64,000 bases of DNA. Origin: an uncultured Nitrospiraceae bacterium (GTDB lineage Bacteria; Nitrospirota; Thermodesulfovibrionia; Thermodesulfovibrionales; SM23-35). Of the stretch, positions 43,015 to 53,047 are shown in pieces. The position numbers and the translations under genes are program-made. Below the pieces are notes generated by a model. That model did not search any database, was not told the origin of the DNA, and saw only the letters and a program-made list of their open reading frames with translations. Numbering within the stretch: position 1 is the stretch's first letter; each line of letters begins with the position of its first letter. Where the stretch lies: assembly GCA_963727775.1 (NCBI GenBank), contig CAVSHB010000001.1:224001-288000 (forward strand). The letters run 5' to 3'.

Positions 43015-43989
43015 TTAAACTTTCAGCTTTATTGCCAGTTTTATCGCCTCGATCATACTCGACGGATCAGCAATCCCCTTCCATGCTATATCATACGCCG
43101 TTCCGTGGTCCGGCGATGTGCGGACAAAAGGCAGGCCTATTGTGACATTTACACCCCTATCGAATGCGACCATCTTTAAAGGGATTAACCCCTGGTCATG
43201 GTACATACAAACAATAAGGTCTACTTCTCCCTTATATGCCTTATGGAAAATGGTATCGGGCGGGTAAGGCCCGGATACTGGGATGCCTTCTTTTCTCGCC
43301 TTTGCCATTGCAGGGACAATCTTTTTCTTCTCTTCATCGCCGAAAATACCGGCCTCTCCCGCATGAGGATTCAGACCTGCAACGGCGATTCTCGGGTTCC
43401 TGATCTTAAGCATATCACAGGCCTTTTTTGCGAGACGAATGGTCTTGAGCACCTTTTGCATAGTAATCAAATCAGGCACATTCCTTAAAGCTGTGTGGAT
43501 TGTGACGAGAATAACCTTCAATGGACCGCCGGCAAGCATCATTGCATAGTCCTTTGTTCCGGTTAAATCAGCGAGCATTTCCGTATGCCCCGGCCATTTA
43601 ACACCGGCCATCTTCAGAGCTTCTTTTGATATAGGGGCCGTAACAATACCGTCTACCTGCCTGTTTAAAGCAAGCTCAACAGCCTTTTTTATGTAACTCG
43701 TACAGGCACTGCCGCCCTCAACCGTAGGCCTGTTTTTTGGGAACCCTTTTATCATCCCCATATCGATAAGATCAATAGAATTTCCTGCAGGCCTGGATTC
43801 TTTAAGCGATTTGATTATCCTTAGTTTCATAGGGCTTTTAAGAAGTTCTATTGCTTTTCCCATGACCAAAGCATCGCCGATAACAATCGGAGAACAATGT
43901 TGTCTGATTTCAGAAGAAACAAGCGCCTTAACAATTACTTCAGGCCCTACCCCTCCCGGGTCCCCCATTGTGATGGCGAGTTTTTTCAT
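43015..43989 (-). CDS. pdxA: 4-hydroxythreonine-4-phosphate dehydrogenase
   Basis: ITMGDPGGVGPE, GHTE, GLNPHAGE, MYHDQG and RTSPDHGTA. Confidence 0.95.
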   Translation of the reverse strand: MKKLAITMGDPGGVGPEVIVKALVSSEIRQHCSPIVIGDALVMGKAIELLKSPMKLRIIKSLKESRPAGNSIDLIDMGMIKGFPKNRPTVEGGSACTSYIKKAVELALNRQVDGIVTAPISKEALKMAGVKWPGHTEMLADLTGTKDYAMMLAGGPLKVILVTIHTALRNVPDLITMQKVLKTIRLAKKACDMLKIRNPRIAVAGLNPHAGEAGIFGDEEKKKIVPAMAKARKEGIPVSGPYPPDTIFHKAYKGEVDLIVCMYHDQGLIPLKMVAFDRGVNVTIGLPFVRTSPDHGTAYDIAWKGIADPSSMIEAIKLAIKLKV

Positions 43990-44093
43990 CTCATATTTAT
44001 TCCCTTTTATTGACTGAGATACTCCAACGGCAAACTTGTCTTTAATAGAGAATCTTTCCATTTCTTATTCGATTTATTTGTCATTTTATTATT

Positions 44094-44182
44094 TTCTAAC
44101 GTTCGGTTAACCAGCGCGGGTCATAACCTTTGCCAAAATCAAAGCAAGCTTAATCCGCGTCAGGGTTGAGCCGATTTATGCC
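44094..44182 (+). other. attC-like integron cassette recombination site (degenerate)
   Basis: Inverse core TTCTAAC, imperfect palindrome TCGGTTAACC..CGCGG / CCGCG..GGTTGAGCCGA with extra-helical bases, and core (T)TTATGC. Confidence 0.65.
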
Positions 44183-44487
44183 CGCCTTCTCATTTTCTGA
44201 TGCCGTGCAATATCCAGTATCGCCTCAGGATGTGTTGCGGCAACTCTCAATAAAACACGAGCTGCTCCTTCAGGCTTCCGCCGTCCCTGCTCCCAGTTGC
44301 GTAAGGTGGCTACGCTGATCCCAATAAGAGATGCAAATTTGTCCTGGGAAAGGCCATACTGCTTCCGTATCTTCTGAACTTCGGATTCAGGAAACTCAAC
44401 ACTGCGCAAAGGTTTCATTCTGCCTTTCATTATGGCAGCACCTTGCTTAACGCTTTCCAGCAATTCTTCAAATAATTCCTTTTTCAT
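44176..44487 (-). CDS. higA: HigA/NadS-type HTH antitoxin
   Basis: MKKELFEELLESVKQG...LSQDKFASLIGISVATLRNWEQGRRKPEGAARVLL. Confidence 0.88.
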   Translation of the reverse strand: MKKELFEELLESVKQGAAIMKGRMKPLRSVEFPESEVQKIRKQYGLSQDKFASLIGISVATLRNWEQGRRKPEGAARVLLRVAATHPEAILDIARHQKMRRRA

Positions 44488-44891
44488 GTAAACTCCTTTT
44501 CAACAATCTTTTTCAATTGTTTGAGTTGTTCCGGCCTTAAATCATCCTGCTCACTCTTTGGATAGGCATAAAGAAGAAGAATGATGTCCTGAGACACGAA
44601 CCAATAATAAATACTTCTGATACCGCCTCTCTTTCCATGGCCTCCCGCGGACCAGCGGAGTTTTCTTAGGCCACCACTCCCGGGTATTATTTTGCCAACA
44701 TCGGGTCTATTGACCAAATGAGTCTGTAAAAGTCGATATTCATCATCAGTTATTAAACATGGCGACATAATTTTTGCCGCATAATTACAATGCAACCCTA
44801 TAATTCATGCCACTTCATGCGACAATTGTTATGACGGTATGTTTAATTCATGAATTCGCTTTGTGAATATCGGGGTCTCGATAATGACCAT
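44484..44891 (-). pseudogene. higB: HigB/RelE toxin disrupted by a MITE
   Basis: Removing 90 nt restores a 105-aa protein MVIIETPIFTKRIHELITDDEYRLLQ...IPGSGGLRKLRW...GKRGGIRSIYY. The insert contains an in-frame TAA. Confidence 0.85.
44757..44842. mobile_element. 86-bp MITE with TTAA target duplication
   Basis: Imperfect ~26-bp TIRs (ACATGGCGACATAATTTTTGCCGCAT versus ACATACCGTCATAACAATTGTCGCAT), with TTAA at 44753-44756 and 44843-44846. Confidence 0.8.
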
Positions 44892-45001
44892 GGTTTATTA
44901 TACGTCAATGGCTTAGATAAGACAAATGTGATAAATTTATATTTATTTCTTGGCATAACGTGAAGCTCACTGGAGGGGCTGGTAGATTTGTTTTGGAGGT
45001 G

Positions 45002-45029
45002 AGCAGCCAGTAGGAGGGTACTGGCTGCT
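45002..45029. terminator. Perfect 11-bp hairpin, probable intrinsic terminator (minus strand has the T-tract)
   Basis: AGCAGCCAGTA-GGAGGG-TACTGGCTGCT followed by an A-run on the plus strand. Orientation and function are uncertain. Confidence 0.4.
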
Positions 45030-45321
45030 AAAAAGAATAAAAGTTATTTTTCTTGTTTTTAGAATACAGAAAAAATATGAAGAAATTGCGAAGGAAATAT
45101 GAAAACATTATGAAGGTTAAATATCAAACCCTATCGGGGGTACGACATGAAAGGGCGACTACCTGTAGCAAGCCTTTAGTCAGACTCCCGGCTGTGCATT
45201 TCCGTTTTCCATTTTTCACACCTTGCACGGTGTACTAATCAGGATGTCAAAGCAACAATCGTTACCGATATTTGATATAATTTTGTGTACATTTGATATT
45301 GGTTTGTAAAAGGAGTTGCGC

Positions 45322-46428
45322 ATGATTATAGGTGTTCCGAAAGAAATTAAGAAAAGCGAGTTCAGGGTTGGGATGACGCCTTACGGCGTTGAGGAACTTA
45401 AGGCCGGCGGTCACATAATCCTTATTGAGACAGGCGCTGGAGCGGGCAGTGATTTTTCGGATGATGAATATCTGCAGGCAGGCGCTGAGATCGTCGGCAG
45501 AGACACTTTATTTAATAGAGCCGACCTCATCGTGAAAGTAAAGGAACCTGTTTCGTCCGAATACAATCTTTTCAGGGAAAGGCAGGCGATATTTACCTTT
45601 CTTCATCTTGCTGCAAACCGGGAGCTTATTGATCTGTTCCTCACTAAAAAGATTGCCGGCCTTGGCTATGAGACATTGCAGAAGGATGGGTCCCTGCCGC
45701 TCCTCTCACCCATGAGCGAGATCGCGGGAAGGATGGCGCCTATCATGGGGGCTTACTTTCTCCAGAAGGTCCATGGCGGCAGGGGGATTTTGCCCACAGG
45801 GGTAATGGGCGTTGAACCCGCAAAGGCGCTGGTCCTCGGCGCCGGTATCGTCGGCACTAACGCAGCCCGTGATTGTGTCGGCCTCGGGATGGACACCGTT
45901 GTCATGGATATAAGAATGGAGAGATTGCAGAAGATAGACGAGATGTTCATGGGAAGGGTAAAGACACTGCCGGTCACCGTACACAATATAAAGGAAGAGA
46001 TAAAGGATGCGGATATTATAATCGGCGCTGTCCTCATCCCGGGCGGGAAAACACCGGTTTTGATTAAACGGGACATGCTCAAGACCATGAAAAAAGGCTC
46101 TGTTATTATCGACGTGTCGGTGGACCAGGGAGGATGTTTCGAGACATCTAAGCCGACCACGCACGATGCGCCGATCTATGAAGTCGAAGGGATAATTCAT
46201 TACACCGTCGCAAATATGCCCGGTGCGTATCCGAAGACCTCAACCATAGCCCTGACGAATGTGACCCTTCCCTATATTAAGATACTGGCCGATAATGGCA
46301 TTGAAAAAGCGATAAGGGAAGACGCCGCAATAAAAAGTGCCCTTAATACTTACAAAGGTTTTATTGTCCACAGGATGCTCGCGGATTCCATGGGGTATAC
46401 TTTTAAGAATATTGATGAACTGTTTTAG
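45322..46428 (+). CDS. ald: Alanine dehydrogenase
   Basis: IGVPKEIK, VKVKEP, FTFLHLAA, PMSEIAGR, DQGGCFETS and VANMPGA. Confidence 0.95.
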   Translation: MIIGVPKEIKKSEFRVGMTPYGVEELKAGGHIILIETGAGAGSDFSDDEYLQAGAEIVGRDTLFNRADLIVKVKEPVSSEYNLFRERQAIFTFLHLAANRELIDLFLTKKIAGLGYETLQKDGSLPLLSPMSEIAGRMAPIMGAYFLQKVHGGRGILPTGVMGVEPAKALVLGAGIVGTNAARDCVGLGMDTVVMDIRMERLQKIDEMFMGRVKTLPVTVHNIKEEIKDADIIIGAVLIPGGKTPVLIKRDMLKTMKKGSVIIDVSVDQGGCFETSKPTTHDAPIYEVEGIIHYTVANMPGAYPKTSTIALTNVTLPYIKILADNGIEKAIREDAAIKSALNTYKGFIVHRMLADSMGYTFKNIDELF

Positions 46429-46530
46429 CCGGCGAACCGATGAATATTCTCAAAGGCCGGTGGCCGGTCCCTGCCTATTCAGTGACACTGATAGAATTGT
46501 CAAGCCAAAGTAAATCTTTCCACAAAGAAT

Positions 46531-46568
46531 TTCATCAAAAATTAACATTCTATTCATAATCCTGTAAC
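46531..46568 (+). promoter_or_regulatory. Pho-box-like array (4 half-sites, 11-nt period)
   Basis: TTCAT, TTAAC, TTCAT and GTAAC start at 46531, 46542, 46553 and 46564. Confidence 0.6.
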
Positions 46569-46615
46569 GGGAATAAAGTTTAATTATAAAAAAAGATTTT
46601 TATAAGGAACCAGTT

Positions 46616-46783
46616 ATGAAATGCCCGCACCTTATTAAATGGTTGACCTGCAAAGCTCAGGATAAGATATATTCCCCGAGTTCTTTCCAGCTCCAGGAAT
46701 ACTGCAAGAGGAAAGGCCATAAAAAATGTCCTTTTTACTCAAAGGGGGTGCAGATATGTAACGAAACTTTAACGGAATTGTAA
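46616..46783 (+). CDS. Small Cys-rich hypothetical protein (55 aa) ahead of pstS
   Basis: MKCPHLIKWLTCKAQDKIYSPSSFQLQEYCKRKGHKKCPFY...; AAGGA SD upstream. Confidence 0.6.
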   Translation: MKCPHLIKWLTCKAQDKIYSPSSFQLQEYCKRKGHKKCPFYSKGVQICNETLTEL

Positions 46784-46795
46784 CATGCTTGTAAT
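46757..46795 (+). promoter_or_regulatory. Pho box (PhoB/PhoP-type) upstream of pstS
   Basis: TGTAAC, TTTAAC, TGTAAC and TGTAAT at 46757, 46768, 46779 and 46790. Confidence 0.8.
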
Positions 46796-46834
46796 AATTA
46801 AAATATATTATAAACTATTTAAAAGGGAGGAACT

Positions 46835-47842
46835 GTGAAAACAATAATGAAACTGGCACTGGCAATGGTCTTGCTTCTGTCATTCACAAACGTTGAGGCC
46901 GCTGAAACCCTGAACGGCGCAGGAGCGACGTTCCCATATCCCGTCTACTCCGCTTGGGCGTATGACTATAACAAAATCACAGGGGTAAAGCTCAATTATC
47001 AGTCCATCGGTTCAGGGGGAGGCATTAGACAGATCACCGAAAGGACAGTTGACTTTGGTGCTTCTGACGCACCGCTTAAAACTGAGCAGCTCCAGAAAGA
47101 CAAATTGCTGCAGTTTCCCGCCGTCATCGGAGGGGTTGTCCCGGTCGTGAATATTTCAGGAGTAAAAGCAGGGGAGCTGAAACTTGATTCCGAGGCCTTA
47201 TGCAAAATATACCTTGGAGATATCAAAAACTGGGATGACAAAAAGATCAAGACACTTAATCCGAAGATGAGTCTGCCTCACAGCGAAATTACCGTTGTCC
47301 ACAGGTCGGATGGATCGGGGACAACCGCAATATTCACGGAATACCTCAGTGGCATATGCCCTGACTGGAAGGCGAAGGTAGGTTCCGGCACCTCTGTAAA
47401 GTGGCCTGTAGGCATCGGCGGCAAAGGCAATGAAGGAGTAGCAAATTATACTCAAAGGACAGCGTCCTCTATCGGCTATGTCGAATTTGCCTATGCAAAA
47501 CAGAACAAACTGTCTCATGTATCACTGAAGAACCATGCGGGGAATTTTATTGAGCCGAGCTTTGAAAGCTTTGAGGACGCGGCTGAGACCGGTGATTTCA
47601 ATCCAAAGAAAGATTTCTACCTGTGGCTTACTGACGCGCCGGGTAAAGGTTCATGGCCGATAGCAGGAGCAACCTTCATACTCCTCGCAAAAGAAAAGAC
47701 CGGTTCAAATAAAAATGTCATCACATTTTTTGACTGGGCCTTTAAAAACGGAGACAATAAGGCTAAAGAGCTTGTTTATGTCCCCCTGCCGAAATCCTTA
47801 AAGGAAAAGATCAGGACTTACTGGAAGACAAACGGTCTATAA
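46835..47842 (+). CDS. pstS: Phosphate ABC transporter substrate-binding protein
   Basis: GAGATFP, YQSIGSGGG, DFGASD, RSDGSGTT and GKGNEGV. Confidence 0.96.
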   Translation: MKTIMKLALAMVLLLSFTNVEAAETLNGAGATFPYPVYSAWAYDYNKITGVKLNYQSIGSGGGIRQITERTVDFGASDAPLKTEQLQKDKLLQFPAVIGGVVPVVNISGVKAGELKLDSEALCKIYLGDIKNWDDKKIKTLNPKMSLPHSEITVVHRSDGSGTTAIFTEYLSGICPDWKAKVGSGTSVKWPVGIGGKGNEGVANYTQRTASSIGYVEFAYAKQNKLSHVSLKNHAGNFIEPSFESFEDAAETGDFNPKKDFYLWLTDAPGKGSWPIAGATFILLAKEKTGSNKNVITFFDWAFKNGDNKAKELVYVPLPKSLKEKIRTYWKTNGL

Positions 47843-47856
47843 AACGAACTCACATA

Positions 47857-47902
47857 ACTCCCCCCCGCCCCCTCTTAGCTTAAGAGGGGGTTTGGGGGCG
47901 TT
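47857..47902. repeat. C/G-rich REP-like hairpin between pstS and pstC
   Basis: CCCCCTCTTA-GCT-TAAGAGGGGG perfect stem with an outer C-run/G-run stem. Confidence 0.65.
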
Positions 47903-47970
47903 ACCTGAATTTCAATGTCACTATACTTATGAACTCCTTACTAATAACAATGGACAAGGGATAATGCAAA

Positions 47971-48912
47971 ATGGCTACAACAACCAGGAAGAACTCCTTT
48001 GATCTGATCTTTTCGTCTATTACAGCCGTTTCTTCATTCCTGGTTATTTTCTTTATAATCGGAATTGTTTATGTGCTCATTTCAGAATCTTTGCCGGCAA
48101 TAAACAAATTCGGAGTCATAAAATTTCTTGCTTCAACAGACTGGGACCCGGTAAAAGAATCTTTTGGCGCGTGGACCAATATTTACGGTACCATAATTAC
48201 AACGTTTCTCTCGCTGGTCATGGCAATACCTGTTGCTATCGGCATTGCGATCTTTGTTACTGAGATCTCCCCCAATTTCCTGAAAGGACCCATCGGGATG
48301 GCCATCGAACTTCTGGCTGCCATACCGAGCATCATTTACGGCATGTGGGGACTTTTCACTTTGTCCCCTATTATGAGCAACTATGTAGAGCCGTTTCTGA
48401 AAAAGGTCACCGCCGGCATACCTTTGATCGAGACCCTTTTCCGGGGTACGCCCATGGGAATTGATATCCTGACCGCAAGCATAATACTAAGCATCATGAT
48501 AATTCCATTTACCGCAAGCATATCAAGGGACTCTTTTAATCTCACGCCCTCGGTGGTAAAGGAATCCGCCTATGCCCTTGGAGCAACAAAGTGGGAGGTC
48601 GTCAAGGATGTGGTAATGCCCTATTCGAAGCTGGGCGTTTTTGGAGGGATAGTCCTCTCCCTCGGCAGGGCCCTCGGCGAGACTATGGCAGTTGCTTTTG
48701 TGCTCGGTAACAACCACAGGATAACCACATCCCTCCTCGATGCCGCCGCAACTATTACCGTAACGTTGGCAAATGAATTCACGGAAGCGGACAAGGACAT
48801 TTACTTATCTTCGCTTTTTTATCTCGCTCTCGTGCTCTTTGTGATGAGTTTCATTATCCTTGCCATAGCGAAATTTTTCCTTCTGAAAGCTGAGAGGAAG
48901 TATTCACGATGA
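47971..48912 (+). CDS. pstC: Phosphate ABC transporter permease
   Basis: ELLAAIPSIIYGMWG and GRALGETMAV; operon position. Confidence 0.95.
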   Translation: MATTTRKNSFDLIFSSITAVSSFLVIFFIIGIVYVLISESLPAINKFGVIKFLASTDWDPVKESFGAWTNIYGTIITTFLSLVMAIPVAIGIAIFVTEISPNFLKGPIGMAIELLAAIPSIIYGMWGLFTLSPIMSNYVEPFLKKVTAGIPLIETLFRGTPMGIDILTASIILSIMIIPFTASISRDSFNLTPSVVKESAYALGATKWEVVKDVVMPYSKLGVFGGIVLSLGRALGETMAVAFVLGNNHRITTSLLDAAATITVTLANEFTEADKDIYLSSLFYLALVLFVMSFIILAIAKFFLLKAERKYSR

Positions 48913-49748
48913 CCATAGAGCAAAGGAGAAAAACCGAGGCGAGTATCGCCCTAACGCTCAGCACGTTGGCCGCGTTCCTGGGTCTTTTCTGGCTCGTATT
49001 CATCCTCGGTGATGTGCTTGTGCATGGCATAAAGGCGCTGAATCTCAGTCTGTTCATAAATGACCCGACTCCCCCGGGGGTAGAGGGAGGGGGGCTCAGA
49101 AACGCCTTTACAGGGCAGCTGATTATAACGTTATGCGCCACCTTAATCGGGGTTCCTGTCGGCGTGCTCGGAGGCACGTTTCTTGCCGAATATGCACGGG
49201 GCAGAAAAATTGCGAGGACTATAAGCATACTCTCCGATATCATGGTAAGCGTTCCTTCGATTGTTATAGGTACTTTTATCTATGCGATACTCGTAAAGCC
49301 TGTCGGCCACTTTAACGGCTGGGCCGGGTCTGTTGCACTCGCGATAATCATGATTCCCGTGGTCCTCAGGACAACGGAAGATATGCTTTCTCTGGTTCCC
49401 TGGACATTGAGGGAGGCTGCATTTGCCCTCGGCGCACCATATTATAAGGTTATAATACAGGTGGTTTACCGCGGGGCGGCAACGGGTATTCTGACAGGTA
49501 TTCTCCTCTCTATCGCGAGAGTGGCCGGAGAGACGGCGCCGCTGCTGTTTACCGCTTTTAATAACTCTTTTTTCACGCTGGACATGAAACAACCCGTTGC
49601 GTCCTTGACCGTGACCATATTTCAGTATGCCATGGGCCCTTACGAAAACTGGCACGCCCAGGCATGGGCAGCGGCATTTGTTATTACGATATTCATACTT
49701 ATTGTTACAATACTCGGAAGGCTCATTATAAAGTGGAGGTACAGATAG
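48909..49748 (+). CDS. pstA: Phosphate ABC transporter permease
   Basis: [17 protein letters not shown] and [10 protein letters not shown]. Confidence 0.95.
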   Translation: MTIEQRRKTEASIALTLSTLAAFLGLFWLVFILGDVLVHGIKALNLSLFINDPTPPGVEGGGLRNAFTGQLIITLCATLIGVPVGVLGGTFLAEYARGRKIARTISILSDIMVSVPSIVIGTFIYAILVKPVGHFNGWAGSVALAIIMIPVVLRTTEDMLSLVPWTLREAAFALGAPYYKVIIQVVYRGAATGILTGILLSIARVAGETAPLLFTAFNNSFFTLDMKQPVASLTVTIFQYAMGPYENWHAQAWAAAFVITIFILIVTILGRLIIKWRYR

Positions 49749-50512
49749 TGCCCGGAACAGTTGAGATAGAAGTAAAAGACCTGGACTTTTATTATTCGGG
49801 GGAAATCCCCGCCCTTAAGAAAATAAATCTTTCAGTATACAAAAATGCCGTTACCGCACTAATAGGTCCTTCAGGCTGCGGGAAGACGACTTTGCTCCGG
49901 TGTTTCAACCGGCTGCATGACCTTTATCCGAAGAACAGGTACGAAGGCCAGATACTTTTTCAGGACGAGAACATCCTCTCAAATGGGACGGATCTCATCA
50001 ACCTGAGGAGCCGCATAGGAATGGTCTTTCAAAAGCCGACACCATTCCCCATGAGCATATTCGACAATATTGCATATGGGCTTAAACTGAAAGGGATTAA
50101 AAAAAGAGCTGACCTTTCGGAGAAGGTCGAAAAAGCCCTCAGGCACGCGGCCCTATGGGACGAGGTGAAGGACAAACTCAATAACAGCGCCTATGACCTT
50201 TCCGGAGGACAACAGCAGAGACTTGTTATTGCAAGGGCTTTGGCCGTAAACCCCGAAGTGCTGCTCTTTGATGAGCCGACATCCGCACTTGATCCGATAT
50301 CCGCTGCAAAGATAGAAGAACTTACGGAAACGCTTAAAAAAGAGATTACGATTATAATAGTAACGCACAATATGCAGCAGGCTGCGCGCATATCGAATTT
50401 TACGGCTTTGATGTATTTGGGAGAGTTGATTGAGTTCGGGGACACGGATACAATATTTGTAAATCCGCAGAATAAACTTACGGAAGAATATATCACAGGG
50501 AGATTCGGCTAA
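49748..50512 (+). CDS. pstB: Phosphate ABC transporter ATPase
   Basis: [29 protein letters not shown] and YITGRFG; GTG start at 49748. Confidence 0.96.
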   Translation: MPGTVEIEVKDLDFYYSGEIPALKKINLSVYKNAVTALIGPSGCGKTTLLRCFNRLHDLYPKNRYEGQILFQDENILSNGTDLINLRSRIGMVFQKPTPFPMSIFDNIAYGLKLKGIKKRADLSEKVEKALRHAALWDEVKDKLNNSAYDLSGGQQQRLVIARALAVNPEVLLFDEPTSALDPISAAKIEELTETLKKEITIIIVTHNMQQAARISNFTALMYLGELIEFGDTDTIFVNPQNKLTEEYITGRFG

Positions 50513-51177
50513 TGGCTATTTTTGACGAAGAATTAAAAGAGCTGAGAGAAAAAGTACTGAAGCTCGGCTATATGGTAGAAAGCGCTATCCGTGATTCGGT
50601 AAAGTCATTGATGGACAGGGACAGCGAGCTCGCAAAAGAAGTCATCACGAGAGACCATCTGATAAACGCCCTCGACGTTGGGATTGATGAAGAATGTGTG
50701 AGGCTCATCGCACTCAGACAGCCCATGGCGAGAGACCTGAGGTTTATAACCACTACCATGAAGATAACCACGGACCTCGAAAGGATGGGAGACCTTGCCG
50801 TCAATATTGCGGAGCGGGCGATAGAGCTGAATCAGGAACCGCTGTTAAAGCCCTTCGTGAACATACCGAAGATGGCTGAGATCTCCCAGTCAATGGTAAG
50901 GGACGCCCTTGACGCATTTGTCACAGGCTGTTCCCGCCTGCCCTATGAAGTTATAAAGAGGGATGACGAAGTGGATGAGCTTACCGTACGGAACTTTGAA
51001 GAACTCATGTCTTTCATGGTACGGGACCCGAAGATTATCCCGCTCGCGGTTAAAAGGACTTACATCGCAAAATATCTCGAAAGGATCGCGGACCATGCAA
51101 CCAATATCTCCGAGATGATCATTTATATGTGCAAGGGCAAAATAATCAGGCATACTGAGATCAAGGACCAGGAGTAG
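50512..51177 (+). CDS. phoU: Phosphate signalling protein PhoU
   Basis: QPMARDLR, DLERMGD and LERIADHATNI. Confidence 0.95.
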   Translation: MAIFDEELKELREKVLKLGYMVESAIRDSVKSLMDRDSELAKEVITRDHLINALDVGIDEECVRLIALRQPMARDLRFITTTMKITTDLERMGDLAVNIAERAIELNQEPLLKPFVNIPKMAEISQSMVRDALDAFVTGCSRLPYEVIKRDDEVDELTVRNFEELMSFMVRDPKIIPLAVKRTYIAKYLERIADHATNISEMIIYMCKGKIIRHTEIKDQE

Positions 51178-51249
51178 GTAATTTTACGATCTGTACGGGC
51201 ACAATCAAAAAATATAATCCCCTTTCGTGTGTGTTATCATAATATTTAA

Positions 51250-52017
51250 ATGCATCCTATACTAATAAGAATAGGTTCGCTGACAATACATACATATGGC
51301 TTTCTTGTGGCCTCGGGGTTTCTGGTCGGCATCTGGCTCGCGGTGCGGCAGGCCAAAAAAGAGGGTATCCCGCCGGACAAGATAATTGATCTCGGGTTCT
51401 ATATACTCCTTGCAGCCATTATCGGATCAAGGCTCCTGTTTATTCTTATTAATTACACCCACTATCTTAGATTCCCTTTGGATATTATTAAGATATGGGA
51501 AGGCGGGCTTGTTTTTTACGGCGGCGTGCTGCTTGCCTTACCCACCGCAGTCTGGTTCGTAATGAAGAACAGGCTTGGCGTCTGGAATACCGCGGATGTT
51601 TTTGCCCCTTCAATCGCGATCGGCCACTCTTTCGGACGGCTTGGGTGCTTTGCCGCCGGGTGCTGCTTCGGCAAGGCATCTGAAGCGCTTCCCTGGGGGA
51701 TTATCTTTACCGACCCTGAATGTCTTGCCCCGACACATATACTTTTGCATCCGACTCAGTTGTATGAATCAGCAGGCGAATTTATGAATTTTCTAATACT
51801 CTTGACCTTAAGAAGCTACAAGTCATTTGACGGCCAGTTAATGATGACATATCTTCTGCTCTATTCAATTCTTAGATTCGTCGTCGAAATTTTCAGAGGG
51901 GATGTGGCAAGAGGCTTTATTTTCTCGACAATCTCGGTATCTCAGGGGATCAGTATTCTCATGTTTCTGGCTGCGATTGTGGGTTTTGTTATTTTAAAGA
52001 AAAAGAAAAAACAATAA
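51250..52017 (+). CDS. lgt: Prolipoprotein diacylglyceryl transferase
   Basis: IWEGGLVFYGG, GRLGCF, HPTQLYE and RFVVEIFR. Confidence 0.95.
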   Translation: MHPILIRIGSLTIHTYGFLVASGFLVGIWLAVRQAKKEGIPPDKIIDLGFYILLAAIIGSRLLFILINYTHYLRFPLDIIKIWEGGLVFYGGVLLALPTAVWFVMKNRLGVWNTADVFAPSIAIGHSFGRLGCFAAGCCFGKASEALPWGIIFTDPECLAPTHILLHPTQLYESAGEFMNFLILLTLRSYKSFDGQLMMTYLLLYSILRFVVEIFRGDVARGFIFSTISVSQGISILMFLAAIVGFVILKKKKKQ

Positions 52018-53037
52018 TCACAACGGCAAGTATGCTATTGGATTCAGGTCAAGTCCCGCGAAGTCTACTGCTTTAAAGTGGTGATATCCTGCTGCCCCGA
52101 TCATCGCCGCATTGTCAGTGCACAGGGATATGGATGGCATAAATATTTCCGTTGCCAGCTCCTCGCCCATCTTTATCAACCTCGCCCGCAATTCACTGTT
52201 TGCCGCAACGCCGCCTGACAGAGTGACCCTTTTAACCCCTTCATTTCCTATGGCCCATTCAGTTTTCCTCACAAGGACATCGACGATAGATGCCTGGAAG
52301 GAAGCGGAGATATCTCTGATTAGTCCCGATTCCAGAGGCCTGATTTCGGTCTGCCGGTTCCCGGAACCCGATCTCAAATAATTTAGCACCGCTGTTTTCA
52401 CCCCGCTGAAGCTGAAGTCGAGTGATTCAGGCAGATAGGCCCTCGGAAAGTCGATAGCCTTTGGGTCGCCGTCGTGCGCAAGTTTATCAATTAACGGACC
52501 GCCCGGATATCCGAGGCCGAGGAGTTTTGAAATTTTATCATAAGCCTCGCCTGCGGCATCGTCCCTTGTCCTGCCCAGTTCCACATATTTGCCGAAGGCA
52601 TCGATCCTGTAAAGGGACGTATGCCCCCCTGACACAATAAGCGCAATAAAAGGGAAGGACGGTCTCGGGTCTTCAAGAAACGAAGAGAATATGTGTCCTT
52701 CGAGGTGGTTCACCGCAATGAGCGGAATTCCTTTTGAATAGCACACAGCCTTCGCAAAAGAACAGCCGACGAGCAGCGAACCTATCAGCCCGGGACCGTG
52801 GCAAACGGCGATCCCTGATAAATCTTCGAAGGGAACTCCCGCGGTTGTCAACGCTTCATCAACAACGGGCCAGATCATCTCGATATGCCTGCGAGATGCA
52901 AGCTCCGGAACAATCCCACCGTATTTTTCATGTATCTCCGTCTGACTCGAAATAATATTGGAGATTATATTTGTGCCGTCTTCAACAACCGAGGCTGAAG
53001 TATCGTCGCAGGATGTATCTATTCCAAGGATAAGCAT
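52018..53037 (-). CDS. tsaD: tRNA N6-adenosine threonylcarbamoyltransferase
   Basis: GIDTSCDD, HLEGH, VSGGHT, DDAAGEAYDK and CTDNAAMI. Confidence 0.96.
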   Translation of the reverse strand: MLILGIDTSCDDTSASVVEDGTNIISNIISSQTEIHEKYGGIVPELASRRHIEMIWPVVDEALTTAGVPFEDLSGIAVCHGPGLIGSLLVGCSFAKAVCYSKGIPLIAVNHLEGHIFSSFLEDPRPSFPFIALIVSGGHTSLYRIDAFGKYVELGRTRDDAAGEAYDKISKLLGLGYPGGPLIDKLAHDGDPKAIDFPRAYLPESLDFSFSGVKTAVLNYLRSGSGNRQTEIRPLESGLIRDISASFQASIVDVLVRKTEWAIGNEGVKRVTLSGGVAANSELRARLIKMGEELATEIFMPSISLCTDNAAMIGAAGYHHFKAVDFAGLDLNPIAYLPL

Positions 53038-53047
53038 TTCAGAGACA

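Noticed and set aside
44484..44795. 103-aa ORF as an intact toxin
   Set aside because: Its start and first residues come from the inserted MITE; the true start is 44891.
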